Shown piece by piece: positions 31,467 to 41,519 of a DNA stretch of 64,000 bases (position 1 is the stretch's first letter; the number at the start of each line of letters is the position of its first letter). Made by a program: the position numbers and the translations under genes. Under the pieces are notes generated by a model, which did not search any database, was not told where the DNA came from, and worked only from the letters and a program-made list of their open reading frames with translations. Location: assembly GCA_944362545.1 (NCBI GenBank), contig CALVTJ010000001.1:64500-128499 (forward strand), read 5' to 3'. This DNA comes from an uncultured Clostridia bacterium (GTDB taxonomy: Bacteria; Bacillota; Clostridia; Christensenellales; UBA1242).

Positions 31467-31579
31467 ACTCTCTCCTTTGTCTATATATTGTAAAAATCTA
31501 CACTCAACCACAACATATTGTGCCGTTTAGTGAGTTGCTTACCTAAATATTGTATTATAAAAACTATTTACTTGTCAAA

Positions 31580-31618
31580 CAAAAAAAGAAAAAGATTTCA
31601 AGTTGTATTTTTGAAATC
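31580..31618 (-). terminator. Terminator downstream of the 31690-32292 gene
   Basis: The 9-bp hairpin arms are AGATTTCAA and TTGAAATCT (31592-31600 / 31610-31618). The A-run at 31580-31591 gives the U-tract on the minus strand. Confidence 0.55.
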
Positions 31619-31689
31619 TCTTTCGCGTTTGTTCAAAGAAGATATTTATGTTTTTATAAGTTATTGTGCATATTACACCATTTTAAACA

Positions 31690-32292
31690 TCAAACATTAA
31701 CATCTTCATTGTTGGCTGTTTCATCTTGTTCGACTTCTTCTGTTTGAGAGCCGTCGCTTTCTAGAACGCCATCATCATTTTCAAGTTGTTCGCTGTTTTC
31801 CGTTGAGTCTGGAAGTTGCGGACTTTGCAAGATTTCTTTCACGCTTTCAAGTCCTTCAACAAAATCATACAATTCTTCCATTGTGCGTTCCTGCAAATCA
31901 ATGTATATGCACCTGCCTTGAAAAATCCCGTGATTTCCACGCATGAGATTGAAGCCATGAAAATCTCTTCCTATCTTGAAAACCAACTCCTCAAATGGCA
32001 ATTCATTGATTTTTATAGGTGTTTGAAACTTCATGGACACAAAATAGCCATTTTGCACATCTTCATGAAAAATCTCATCTGTCACCACTCCAAATGCCGG
32101 CATGGTGTGTGAATTTTCAAAGAGTTTTTCTACCTGTTGCTGAAGTTGCTCGGTTTCTTCTTGCGAAAGTTCCACAACATTGCCATTTACCAACAGGTTG
32201 TATTGCGAAACATATGGCAAAACATCCACCGCCTCAAAAAAAGACATAATTATCATTGGCACCCCCATAAAAAAGAAAAGAAATCTCATCAT
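31690..32292 (-). CDS. Hypothetical secreted/membrane-anchored protein with acidic C-terminal tail
   Basis: The 200-aa ORF has a hydrophobic N-terminus (FLFFFMGVPMIIMSFF) and an Asp/Glu-rich tail. I recognise no family. Confidence 0.5.
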   Translation of the reverse strand: MMRFLFFFMGVPMIIMSFFEAVDVLPYVSQYNLLVNGNVVELSQEETEQLQQQVEKLFENSHTMPAFGVVTDEIFHEDVQNGYFVSMKFQTPIKINELPFEELVFKIGRDFHGFNLMRGNHGIFQGRCIYIDLQERTMEELYDFVEGLESVKEILQSPQLPDSTENSEQLENDDGVLESDGSQTEEVEQDETANNEDVNV

Positions 32293-32388
32293 ATTCCGCC
32301 TCCAAAATTTTTTGTATTGTGTGAAAATCTTTTCTTTTTATTCTTTTAAATGATTTTTTTTGAAAATTGTTTGATATAATTTTTATTT

Positions 32389-34197
32389 TTAAATTTCTTC
32401 AAATTGGCTGTTGTAAAGGTCGGCATAAAATCCACCTTTTGCCAAAAGTTGTTCGTGATTTCCTTTCTCAATGATGTCGCCATCTTTAAGCACCAAAATC
32501 ATGTCGGCATTTTTGATTGTCGAAAGTCTGTGCGCAATAATGAAAGATGTGCGCCCTTCCATTGCTTTGTCCATTGCCTGTTGAAGCAAAATTTCCGTTC
32601 TGGTGTCGACCGAACTTGTCGCTTCATCCAAAATTATCATAGGTCTGTTTGCGATCATTGTTCTGGCAATGGTGAGAAGTTGTTTCTGTCCTGCTGAAAG
32701 GTTTACCGCATCATCAATCACGGTATCATATCCTTTTGACAATGTTTGAATAAAGTGGTCAACTCCAACATGTTTGCATGCTTCAACAATCTGTTTGTCG
32801 GTGACATTTTTGTTGTTATAACGCAAGTTCTCTTTGATTGTGCCTTCAAAAAGCCACGTGTCCTGAAGCACCATGCCAAAGAGTTCGTGAACATTTTCAC
32901 GAGTTATATCCTGTGTCGAAACACCATCTATCTTGATGTCTCCAGCATTGAGTTCGTAAAATCTCATAAGCAAATTGACTAGAGTGGTCTTTCCGGCACC
33001 TGTCGGTCCAACAATAGCAATCTTCTGCCCTGCCTTGATATTTGCTGAAAAGTCTTTGATGATGATTCTGTTTGGATTGTATCCAAATTTTACATGGTTA
33101 AATTCAACATCGCCCTTGACATTTGTCAAAACTTTGGTCTTGTTGCTCTCATCTGCAAGCTCTTTTTCTTCCAAAAACTCAAACACACGACCACAAGCAG
33201 CGGATGCTGACTGCAAACTTGTCAAACTCTGTGCAATCTGTGAAAGTGGATTTGTAAACAGTCTAACATAAATCATAAACTGCACAATCGTTCCATAATA
33301 AGAAACTCCCCTTTGTGCTGCCAAAACTGCCCCGACAATGCAAACCGCAACATAACCAAAATTGCCGACAAAGTTCATAATTGGCATCATAACACCAGAG
33401 ATAAACTGTGACTTCCAGCCGGTGTTGTAAAGTTTTTTGTTGATTCTCTTAAATTCTTTGCCTGTGCTTTCTTCGGCGTTGAAGAGTTGAACAACATTGT
33501 GACCTGCATAGGTTTCTTCAATGTGTGCGTTTAAATCTCCAAGGTTCTTTTGGTTTTGATTGAAGTATTTTTGTGACTTAATCATGAAAATAAGCGAAAA
33601 ACTGAATCCGATGATTGTTGTGCCAATAACAGTGAGCGCCATTATCCAATCAATAACAAACATCATTATTAAAACTCCAACAAACATGATGGTGTTTGAG
33701 ATAAGCCCTCCAATACTTTGGTTAAGACTCTGACCAATGGTGTCCACATCGTTTGTCACACGGCTCAAGATGTCTCCATGAAGATGTGTGTCAAAATAGT
33801 TGAGTGGAAGTTTGTTGATTTTTCTTGAAATGCCTTGGCGCAATCTCTGCACTGTCTTTTGTGTGACTGTGGCGGTGATATAATGTTGAAAGTATGACAA
33901 AATCGCCCCGGCAACATATATACAAACCAAAAAGATGGCAATTTCTGTGACAGCACCAATATCAATCACTCCTGATCCACCTGGCATAAAGGCACCACTG
34001 ATGATATTTGCGATATCACCAATTTTGTTTGGCCCAATGATTTGAAAAACTACAGCCACCGCCCCAAAAATCATAGAAAGGATTATCCATCCCCAATATC
34101 TTTTGCAGAAAACTAGAAGTTTTCCAAGTGATTTCAAAAATGTTCCCTTTTTAGCCTTCTCCGAAGGTCTGTTTTTCATATTCATCATTCCTGGCAT
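32389..34197 (-). CDS. ABC transporter permease/ATP-binding protein (type I exporter half-transporter)
   Basis: A six-TM domain is followed by Walker A GPTGAGKTT, signature LSAGQKQ and Walker B IILDEATS. The start ATG at 34197 lies 9 nt after GGAGG and abuts the upstream stop. Confidence 0.85.
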   Translation of the reverse strand: MPGMMNMKNRPSEKAKKGTFLKSLGKLLVFCKRYWGWIILSMIFGAVAVVFQIIGPNKIGDIANIISGAFMPGGSGVIDIGAVTEIAIFLVCIYVAGAILSYFQHYITATVTQKTVQRLRQGISRKINKLPLNYFDTHLHGDILSRVTNDVDTIGQSLNQSIGGLISNTIMFVGVLIMMFVIDWIMALTVIGTTIIGFSFSLIFMIKSQKYFNQNQKNLGDLNAHIEETYAGHNVVQLFNAEESTGKEFKRINKKLYNTGWKSQFISGVMMPIMNFVGNFGYVAVCIVGAVLAAQRGVSYYGTIVQFMIYVRLFTNPLSQIAQSLTSLQSASAACGRVFEFLEEKELADESNKTKVLTNVKGDVEFNHVKFGYNPNRIIIKDFSANIKAGQKIAIVGPTGAGKTTLVNLLMRFYELNAGDIKIDGVSTQDITRENVHELFGMVLQDTWLFEGTIKENLRYNNKNVTDKQIVEACKHVGVDHFIQTLSKGYDTVIDDAVNLSAGQKQLLTIARTMIANRPMIILDEATSSVDTRTEILLQQAMDKAMEGRTSFIIAHRLSTIKNADMILVLKDGDIIEKGNHEQLLAKGGFYADLYNSQFEEI

Positions 34198-34198
34198 T

Positions 34199-35932
34199 TT
34201 ACAGTTCCTCCTTTGAAAGTTGTGAAAGAGCAATCTCTTTGTAAACCGGACATTTTTTCAACAACTCTTCATGTGTGCCCATTCCGACCATGTTGCCACT
34301 GTCCAAAACAATGATTTTGTCCGCATCCTTGATTGTTCCAATTCTCTGTGCAACAATAAATTTTGTCACCTTCCCGGTATGTTTTTTCAGTGCTGCACGC
34401 AGTTTGGCATCTGTCTTGTAGTCAAGTGCTGAAAAACTGTCATCAAAAATGAATATCTCTGGTTTTCTTGCCACTGCCCTTGCAATAGACAATCTCTGTT
34501 TCTGTCCACCAGAAACATTTGTTCCTCCCTGCGCGATAGGGCTGTCAATGCCCTTTGGCATCTTGGAAACAAAGTTTGATGCTTGTGCAATGCTTATGGA
34601 GTGTTTGATTGTTTCATCATCGGCGTTGTTGTCGCCAAAATTGATGTTGCTCTTGACCGTTCCACTGAAAAGCACTCCGCGTTGTGGAACATATCCAATC
34701 TTTTTGTAAAGACTGTTCAAGTCATAGTCTCTGACATCCACTCCATCAATCAACACCTTTCCTTCTGTGACATCATAAAGTCTTGGAATAAGATTGATAA
34801 GGGTGCTCTTTCCGCTTCCTGTCGAGCCGATAAAAGCAATAGTTTCGCCTTCTTTTGCTTCAAAACTGATGTCTTTGAGCACATATTCATCGGCATCTGG
34901 ATACTTAAACGAAACATGGTCAAACACCACTGAAGCAGAACGCTTTGAATTTATATCCTCAAACTTGCCAGAAACAATGGAGTCTTTTGTATCCAAAACT
35001 TCATTTATTCTACGAGCAGAAACGAGTGCTCTTGGCATCAAGATAAAGATGATGATAAGAAGCATAAATGCAGCAATCACTTGAATGCCATATTGCATGA
35101 ATGTGGTCATGCTTGCAACTGTTTGTGGGTCTCTAACAATATATGCACCTATCCAATAAATTGCAAGTGACAGTCCGCTCATCAAAAGGTTCATACCTGG
35201 GTTCATAATGCCCATAACTCTGTTGACAAAAAGGTTGGTCTTTGTCAATTTTGTGTTTTTATCTTCAAACTTGGCGTTTTGATAATCTTCTGCGTTTGAA
35301 GCTCTGACAACACGAATACCTGTCAAATTTTCATCAGTCACACGGTTAATATCATCAGTCATGGTCTGAATTTTCTTGAATTTTGGCACGGCGACCAACA
35401 CGATGATTGCAACCATCACAATCAAAAATCCAATTGCAACCGCAAGTGCCACCGACCACTGCCAATCCTTACCCAAAATTTTAATAATGGACCAAACAGC
35501 AAGCACTGGCGCTTTGATGATTGCCTGCATGCCCATGGCAAGAAAGATTTGCACTTGTGTGACATCGTTTGTTGTTCTGGTAATCAAACTTGCGGTGGAA
35601 AATCTGTTTATTTCAGCAAGCGAGAAACCTTGAATTTTGTCATAGACCTTGTTTCTCAAATTGTAGGCAAGTCGCGATGAAATGTTTGCAGTAAAGAACC
35701 CCACCAAAATAGCACTTGCAAGACTTCCAAATGCACATGCAAGCATATAGCCACCGTTGATTAGGATGTTTGTCGTGCTTATCTCTTCCTGCCCGAGTTC
35801 TGTCATCAAATTTTCGGTGTATTCTGGCAATCTCAAATCAAGCCACACCTGCAAAACAATAAACCCACAGACAACAGCAATGAAGAGCCAATCTATCCAC
35901 TTCAAATGTTTAAACAATTTTAAAATGTTCAT
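34199..35932 (-). CDS. ABC transporter permease/ATP-binding protein (partner half-transporter)
   Basis: A TM domain is followed by GSTGSGKST, VSGGQKQR and FIFDDSFS. It is adjacent to a second half-transporter, the usual heterodimeric exporter layout. Confidence 0.85.
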   Translation of the reverse strand: MNILKLFKHLKWIDWLFIAVVCGFIVLQVWLDLRLPEYTENLMTELGQEEISTTNILINGGYMLACAFGSLASAILVGFFTANISSRLAYNLRNKVYDKIQGFSLAEINRFSTASLITRTTNDVTQVQIFLAMGMQAIIKAPVLAVWSIIKILGKDWQWSVALAVAIGFLIVMVAIIVLVAVPKFKKIQTMTDDINRVTDENLTGIRVVRASNAEDYQNAKFEDKNTKLTKTNLFVNRVMGIMNPGMNLLMSGLSLAIYWIGAYIVRDPQTVASMTTFMQYGIQVIAAFMLLIIIFILMPRALVSARRINEVLDTKDSIVSGKFEDINSKRSASVVFDHVSFKYPDADEYVLKDISFEAKEGETIAFIGSTGSGKSTLINLIPRLYDVTEGKVLIDGVDVRDYDLNSLYKKIGYVPQRGVLFSGTVKSNINFGDNNADDETIKHSISIAQASNFVSKMPKGIDSPIAQGGTNVSGGQKQRLSIARAVARKPEIFIFDDSFSALDYKTDAKLRAALKKHTGKVTKFIVAQRIGTIKDADKIIVLDSGNMVGMGTHEELLKKCPVYKEIALSQLSKEEL

Positions 35933-35946
35933 AACTTCCTCTCAAA

Positions 35947-36366
35947 TTAGTTTTCTAAATTTTGTTTAATTTTTCTTACAATCAAAGAAAAGTTTTTCTT
36001 TTCCTCTTCTGTGAGATTTTTTTCGACTTTTTCTTCTGCCTCCATCATCTTTCTCTCAAAGTCTTTGACAAGTCTGTCTGCATTTTTGCTGAGCACTATC
36101 TTTTTCAATCTGCCATCACTCGAGACCGGCACGCGTGAAATGTATCCCTTTTGTGTTAAATTTTGCAAAATCACTGTGGCAGTCGAACGGCGAATATTCA
36201 AAAGTTTTTCGATGTCCTTTTGAAAGATGTCTTCTTCTTTGTGTTCTGTCAAAAATTTCAGAACAAAAAATTGAACTCCAGAAACATTCAAATCTTTGGA
36301 GTCCCGCTCTATTTTTCTGTGTATCGCGTTGTATAACGACTTCATGCTTAAGATGATAGAAAACAT
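35947..36366 (-). CDS. MarR-family transcriptional regulator
   Basis: The 139-aa ORF has a winged-helix pattern ...LKFLTEHKEEDIFQKDIEKLLNIRRSTATVILQNLTQKGYISR.... It is the first gene of the ABC exporter operon. Confidence 0.8.
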   Translation of the reverse strand: MFSIILSMKSLYNAIHRKIERDSKDLNVSGVQFFVLKFLTEHKEEDIFQKDIEKLLNIRRSTATVILQNLTQKGYISRVPVSSDGRLKKIVLSKNADRLVKDFERKMMEAEEKVEKNLTEEEKKNFSLIVRKIKQNLEN

Positions 36367-36380
36367 ATCTTCTCCATTTT

Positions 36381-36425
36381 GTTAGGATACTAACTATTTA
36401 TATTCTTTTCATGCAAAAAAGTCAA
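36381..36425 (-). promoter_or_regulatory. Candidate marR-operon promoter (TTGACT-17-TATAAA) with palindromic operator GTTAGGATACTAAC
   Basis: On the reverse strand, TTGACT is at 36425-36420 and TATAAA at 36402-36397. The inverted repeat GTTAG-N4-CTAAC at 36381-36394 lies between the -10 and the RBS, a typical position for MarR autoregulation. Confidence 0.45.
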
Positions 36426-36445
36426 CTGATTTACAAAAGTTTTTA

Positions 36446-36483
36446 ACAAAAAAAGGAAGAACAAAAATCGAATTGTTCTTCTT
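36446..36483 (-). terminator. Terminator ending the ESCRT-III/Vps4-like operon
   Basis: The 11-bp hairpin has arms at 36454-36464 and 36473-36483 with one mismatch. On the minus strand it is followed by a T7 run, about 30 nt after the stop at 36511. Confidence 0.6.
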
Positions 36484-36510
36484 TTAAAAATATTCTATTT
36501 TTGACAATTT

Positions 36511-39500
36511 TTATCTCAATTTAGGATAATCCTCTTCCAAAATTTGCCAAATGTTTTCATCAAAGTTCAATCTTGAATCATAAAACTGTCCAAAAGCCAA
36601 GTTGATGCACGAGTCATCACGAGCATAACTTGTTTTTTGAGCGCTTATTTGCAATGTTGAATTTGTAAAGCATCTCTCTGCCCTTCCATCAAGATAGCCA
36701 AACAGACTTCCAACATTGACCGTTTGCTTTTCTTCATCTGTGACAAATGTGATGAGAGAATAACTTGTTGTGACAGTGTCGGTGTAGTTTGTGTTTTGAT
36801 AACTTCCGTAAAGTCCGCCAGCATAAACACTTCCAACAAAACCTGAAAGGTCAACTGTGCCGGTTGTGAGATTGTTTTGACTGCTTGCTCTGCCATATCC
36901 AACAAGTCCGCCGACATAAGCGTTTTCTGCGCTGCCAGAGAGTGTGATGTCGGCATGACTTTCATTTTGTTCAAATGATAAATCATTTCTATCAATGTGC
37001 AAAACTTCGCCGACAAGTCCGCCGATATTCATGTTTTGTGCATTGTTTGCATTTATCGCAAGATTGCCCGTGGCATTGTTATTTTCAACAATCACTCTGT
37101 CATTTCCACCACTTACTCTGCCGGCAATTTCGCCTACGGATAAATTTCCGTTTTCAATGGTGATTGTGATGTTAAGTCCAACAAGACAATTTTCAATATC
37201 GCCGTTTTGAACAGCCCCGGCAATTCCGCCAACCACTGCCGTTGTCTGAAAGTTTAATGTGATGTTGCCACTAACCGTGCAATTTTCAATAAGTCCATGA
37301 TTGGAAATAGCAAAAGAGCCAAAGTTTGTCGCATTTTGATAGGTCATATCCGCCAAGACAAGATTGAGATTTTTTATCTGTCCATTGTTGCGGTCAAAAA
37401 GTCCCAAATTTTTGCCATCTCTGAATGTGACCTTTTCAATGGTGTGTCCATCGCCATCAAGCACTCCACTAAATGCCCCACCGCTCCATGTTGCACCATC
37501 CAAATCTATGTTTTCTGTCAACTTGAAGTTTGCCGAAGGTGCATTTGCAAGAAGCACTTTCAACTCGTGTACATTGGAGATTTCCATTGTGGTTGGGAAA
37601 AGATAAAGTCCGCATATTGTCAAAATTAAATTGAGTCCCGCAAAGCAAAAAAGTGCACAATTTGCCACATTCCAACCTTTTGAAACGCGGTATCTTGTCT
37701 TGATAAAAACCACCAAATTAACCATGCCCACAAGTGTAGACAAAATCACCAAAACAATCAAAAATGTTTGATTGAAATACAAAAACACTTCTTTTGGCAA
37801 AGCAATAGTAATCACCAACAAAAGCGTTGTGAAAAGGATTGGAAAAAGTTCCAAGAAGCCATATAAAAACTTCTTCAAAAACTTGTCGTTCTTGATATCC
37901 TTAATGCGTTTTTTGTGTCGTGCTTCGCTCTGCTTTTCTGTTTCATAGACATTTTTTAGACCCTCATCTCTACCAAGCAAGTCCACCACATTGATAGATG
38001 TCTCAAGAGTCAAATTCAGGGCATCAAGACGGGTGTTTATCTTGGAGATAATATCACTATAAGCTGAAAATTCTTTGACATCTTTTATCTCTTCCGCGTA
38101 TTTTTCAAAAGGTTGAAGTTGAAGTTTGTAATAATTCACTCCACGCAAAACCTTGTCTCCTTCCTGCTTTTGCATATCCAACAAAACGGTGTTGTTTCGT
38201 GCGACAAAGTCCTGAAGTTTTTCTATCAAATGCACCTTGTCAAGCAAGTCAGCTTTTATTTTCACTTTTTCGCCAGAATACAAACTTATCTTGCTGGCGA
38301 TTTCGGCATATTTTTCGGTCTGTTTTTCATCCGCAACCGAAAGCATTGTCTCCCATTCAGGCATCTGTGTCACTTTGATGCCTGACATGATAAGTTCGTT
38401 GTCATTTTTGCAATGTGCTTTGATTTTTACCAGCATCCAATAAAATTCGGCGTTGTTTTTGTCTTTGGAGATGGCAATGGCAAGATATTTTTCTGCCTGC
38501 TTAAAAAAACCCGAATTTTGAAAATATTCAGCAATTTTGACAAGCAATTTGCACAAACTTTCATCATCGTTGACATATGAAAGATAAAAATCAATCTGTT
38601 TCTCTGCCTTTTCAATATCAAAAAAGGCAATCGGCAAAATCATGTCCACGACCGCTGATACAAATTGCGTGCGCGTGGCAGGAGACAAAAACTTGAAGAC
38701 ATCTTCCACCGTTTCTCTGTCACGAAAATTCAATTTGTCCTCATCGGTTTTGAAATGTTGAAGAAGAAGAGTGATGTTGCTTTGTTCATGTCCGGCATCG
38801 AGTTCCAAAATTTTTTGATAATATTTTTTGTCATCACTCTTTTGTGCCAGCATGAAATAAAATTGCACAAACCTGTCCACTTCATCATTCTTGAAACATT
38901 TGATAACCTTTTCAATAAGTTCTTCATTCAAAGTCTCAACCGCTCTTTGTTCGGCATGATTGATAAAGTTTTCGCGATTTGGCGAGTTGAAGCTTGCAAG
39001 ATAAAGCAAAAAAGCGTTGTAATATTCTTCACTGTCAAGTTTGATAATCAAATTTTCCCAACTGTCGACAAATGATTCGGCAAATTCTTTTGAAGCATAC
39101 TTCAAAATTTTGTCAATTTTTTCTTTGTCGCGAAAGTTTCCAATGCTAGAGAAAAATTCTTCCTGCGATCTTATATTATTTTCAATCAAAAGGTCGGCAA
39201 AGAGAAGTTCAGCATTATTTTCATCCTTTTCAAGACCTTGGTCAACAAGTTCCTTGGCTGAAGCAAAATCACCATTTTTGATGGTTAAAAAAAGCCATTT
39301 TATTTTGTTCTCATCCGAAAGTGGAACATTTTCCACTTGATAATGTCCCAGGTCTGTCGGTGTGACAGTTTGAACATCAACATATTCTTTCTTTTGTGGC
39401 TTGATGGTGTCAAGGTTCACCGTGTCAATTTTGGCAAGTTCAATGTCCGCATTGTCCACTTCCTTTTTGACCTTAACTTGAATGTCTTGCAAGAAAGAAA

Positions 39501-40326
39501 TTGCATTCATGTCAACAACACTCTTGCAAGGCAACAATTCCTTCGGAAAATCTTCTTCTTTGATTTTTTGCCTGTCGCAAGCAATTACAAAACTGCTTTT
39601 TGTCTTTTTCTTCTGTGATACAAAAAACAGATAACGGTCAAAAAGATTTTTTATCTCGCCATAGCCAAATCCTTCTTTTTCGTTGGCAAACAAAACAAAA
39701 GCCTTTGCTGTCTGCAAAGCACGAAAGGTCTCTTCTTCTCTCTCTTTGTGTGCAAGGTCTTGCACAAAGTAAACTTCAAGTCCCTGATGTCTCAGACTTT
39801 CCACCGCTTTGGAAATCAAAGTGTCCTTTTCTTTGTTAAATGAGAGAGCAACCGCAACAACATCAAAGTGAAGTTTGCTCGCCTGCTCTGTGTAGAGATT
39901 TTTGATTTTTTCAATGCGTTTTGCTTGGTCATTGTAAGTTTTTGCCACTTCCGGTGGAGCATTTTTTACGGCATTTAAAAAATCTTCATCCTGCAAAATT
40001 GAAGGGATTTCGTCACCAAAAAACCTTGGTCTTTTCCCACCACCCTTGTGATTGGTGTAAAAAATTATCCTGTTTTTTGCAAGGCATTTTCCATAAAAAC
40101 CTTCAAACGATTTTGGATAAATGGTCAAAATCTTGTCAAACTCTTCTTTTGCACCATCAAAATCGCAATCACGCAATTTTTCATATGCACCAACGATCAA
40201 AAATTCTTCTTCTTTAGAGGCGCGTTCATCGACATACAAAGTGCCACAAAACATGCATTTGACCATGTTTTGCCCAACTACTTTATATAATCTTCCTCCA
40301 CAATTTTTGCATACACGCTCTCTCAA
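36511..40326 (-). CDS. 1271-aa multidomain membrane protein: N-terminal zinc ribbon, helical/TPR-like repeats, 3 TM helices, extracellular GLUG-repeat domain
   Basis: CKNCGGRL...CMFCGTLY forms a zinc ribbon, followed by long helical repeat regions. Three hydrophobic helices lie at about aa 838-925 (ELFPILFTTLLLVITIAL, FLIVLVILSTLVGMVNLVVFI, ALFCFAGLNLILTICGLYLF). The C-terminal region has NIGGLVGEV, YVGGLVGYG and YAGGLYGSY (GLUG). The start is a TTG 7 nt after GGAG. Confidence 0.8.
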   Translation of the reverse strand: MRERVCKNCGGRLYKVVGQNMVKCMFCGTLYVDERASKEEEFLIVGAYEKLRDCDFDGAKEEFDKILTIYPKSFEGFYGKCLAKNRIIFYTNHKGGGKRPRFFGDEIPSILQDEDFLNAVKNAPPEVAKTYNDQAKRIEKIKNLYTEQASKLHFDVVAVALSFNKEKDTLISKAVESLRHQGLEVYFVQDLAHKEREEETFRALQTAKAFVLFANEKEGFGYGEIKNLFDRYLFFVSQKKKTKSSFVIACDRQKIKEEDFPKELLPCKSVVDMNAISFLQDIQVKVKKEVDNADIELAKIDTVNLDTIKPQKKEYVDVQTVTPTDLGHYQVENVPLSDENKIKWLFLTIKNGDFASAKELVDQGLEKDENNAELLFADLLIENNIRSQEEFFSSIGNFRDKEKIDKILKYASKEFAESFVDSWENLIIKLDSEEYYNAFLLYLASFNSPNRENFINHAEQRAVETLNEELIEKVIKCFKNDEVDRFVQFYFMLAQKSDDKKYYQKILELDAGHEQSNITLLLQHFKTDEDKLNFRDRETVEDVFKFLSPATRTQFVSAVVDMILPIAFFDIEKAEKQIDFYLSYVNDDESLCKLLVKIAEYFQNSGFFKQAEKYLAIAISKDKNNAEFYWMLVKIKAHCKNDNELIMSGIKVTQMPEWETMLSVADEKQTEKYAEIASKISLYSGEKVKIKADLLDKVHLIEKLQDFVARNNTVLLDMQKQEGDKVLRGVNYYKLQLQPFEKYAEEIKDVKEFSAYSDIISKINTRLDALNLTLETSINVVDLLGRDEGLKNVYETEKQSEARHKKRIKDIKNDKFLKKFLYGFLELFPILFTTLLLVITIALPKEVFLYFNQTFLIVLVILSTLVGMVNLVVFIKTRYRVSKGWNVANCALFCFAGLNLILTICGLYLFPTTMEISNVHELKVLLANAPSANFKLTENIDLDGATWSGGAFSGVLDGDGHTIEKVTFRDGKNLGLFDRNNGQIKNLNLVLADMTYQNATNFGSFAISNHGLIENCTVSGNITLNFQTTAVVGGIAGAVQNGDIENCLVGLNITITIENGNLSVGEIAGRVSGGNDRVIVENNNATGNLAINANNAQNMNIGGLVGEVLHIDRNDLSFEQNESHADITLSGSAENAYVGGLVGYGRASSQNNLTTGTVDLSGFVGSVYAGGLYGSYQNTNYTDTVTTSYSLITFVTDEEKQTVNVGSLFGYLDGRAERCFTNSTLQISAQKTSYARDDSCINLAFGQFYDSRLNFDENIWQILEEDYPKLR

Positions 40327-40338
40327 ACTTTTTCTCCG

Positions 40339-41490
40339 TTAATTCTTTGTCGTTTTTGTTGATTTCTTGTCTCTGATAAGACTTCCCATTTCTTTGTTGT
40401 ATTCTTCAAATTGTTTTAGTTCTTTTTCAGTCACACTTGGTGGCATCTTTGACAAAACACCATCAAAATCTTTGTTGGTCACCAAAATTATGCTGTCGGT
40501 GGCAATCGCTTTCAAAAGAGGTTCATCCTTTGCTCTATCACAAAGTTCATCAATGTCTGCACCGCTATACATCTCGGTCTGTGCAACAATTCTATCCACA
40601 TCAAAATCTTCTGCCACCGGCACGCCCTTCATGTTTTTTTCAATCATAAACTTTCTTGCCGGAGCATCCGGAAGTGGTATGTAAATTTTCTGCGAAAATC
40701 TGCCCGAACGCAATGCCGCGCTGTCAATGTCCCATGGCCTGTTTGTTGCACCAAGCAAAAGCAGGTTTGGATTTCTCCCCGCAAATCCATCAATCTGTTG
40801 CAAAAACTCGTTGACACGCTTGTCATTGTGTGTGTCTACTCCGCGTTTGCCAATCAAACTGTCCATCTCATCAATAAAGATGATGGACCTGTCCTGTTTG
40901 TTTGCTTCTTGAAAGAGAGAATTGATGTTTTTCTCACTGTCTCCGACCCACTTGCTGACAATGTCAGAACCCTTGACAGCATAAAACTTTGCGCCAACTT
41001 CGTTGGCAATCGCCTTGGCAATCATGGTCTTTCCCGTGCCCGGCGGACCATATAAAAGCACTCCACCACCTGTTTTTTTGCCGTAGAGTTTGTATTTGTC
41101 TGGATATTTGATTGGATTTATCATCCTAATTGTTATTGCCTTTTTAACATCATCAAGCCCAGCAACATCGGCAAACTTGACATTTGGAATTTGTGCCGTT
41201 TGCCACTTTTTGATGTCTTCATCTTCTTCAGTGTTTTCATCATCTTTTTTGTTTATTTTTTCCGGTTTTTTATGCAAATTTTCGGCAATGTCTACAAGTC
41301 GACGCGCTCTGTCCATGCGCACTTCTTTCAACTTGCCCGCACTCTGTTTTGCCATTTGCATCATCGTTTCACTTGCCAGCAAAAAGTTTCGCTTTGCAAG
41401 TGTAAGATTGCCTCTGTCCTTTGCTTCTTTTCCTTTTTTCATGTAAAGATTGAAGGTGTCAGAAAGCACATTCATGTTTGTTTCTTTCAC
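40339..41490 (-). CDS. Vps4/CdvC-like AAA ATPase with N-terminal MIT-like domain
   Basis: The N-terminal ~75 aa are helical: YMKKGKEAKDRGNLTLAKRNFLLASETMMQMAKQ...RMDRARRLVDIAENL, which is MIT-like. The AAA elements are Walker A GPPGTGKT, SKWVGDSEK, Walker B IIFIDEMDS, and second region of homology LLLGATNRPWDIDSAALRSGRFSQKIYIPLPD. The C-terminal VTNKDFDGVLSKMPPSVTEKELKQFEEYNKEMG resembles the Vps4 C-terminus. There is no TM segment and no protease domain. Confidence 0.8.
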   Translation of the reverse strand: MKETNMNVLSDTFNLYMKKGKEAKDRGNLTLAKRNFLLASETMMQMAKQSAGKLKEVRMDRARRLVDIAENLHKKPEKINKKDDENTEEDEDIKKWQTAQIPNVKFADVAGLDDVKKAITIRMINPIKYPDKYKLYGKKTGGGVLLYGPPGTGKTMIAKAIANEVGAKFYAVKGSDIVSKWVGDSEKNINSLFQEANKQDRSIIFIDEMDSLIGKRGVDTHNDKRVNEFLQQIDGFAGRNPNLLLLGATNRPWDIDSAALRSGRFSQKIYIPLPDAPARKFMIEKNMKGVPVAEDFDVDRIVAQTEMYSGADIDELCDRAKDEPLLKAIATDSIILVTNKDFDGVLSKMPPSVTEKELKQFEEYNKEMGSLIRDKKSTKTTKN

Positions 41491-41519
41491 AACAAAAACC
41501 TCTAATTAAAATTTTTAAC

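Noticed and set aside
38665-39618. Several 90-136-aa plus-strand ORFs inside the 1271-aa gene (similar ones occur inside the Vps4-like and Snf7-like genes)
   Set aside because: They are antisense shadows of a tightly packed minus-strand operon. None has an RBS or a recognisable domain.
40339-41490. Alternative identity of the AAA ATPase as FtsH, SpoVK or a CDC48-type protein
   Set aside because: It has no TM segments and no zinc-protease domain, which rules out FtsH. It has a single AAA cassette, which rules out CDC48. SKWVGDSEK, the arginine-finger region and the C-terminal '...SVTEKELKQFEEYNKEMG' resemble Vps4 more than SpoVK. This still needs a phylogeny to confirm.
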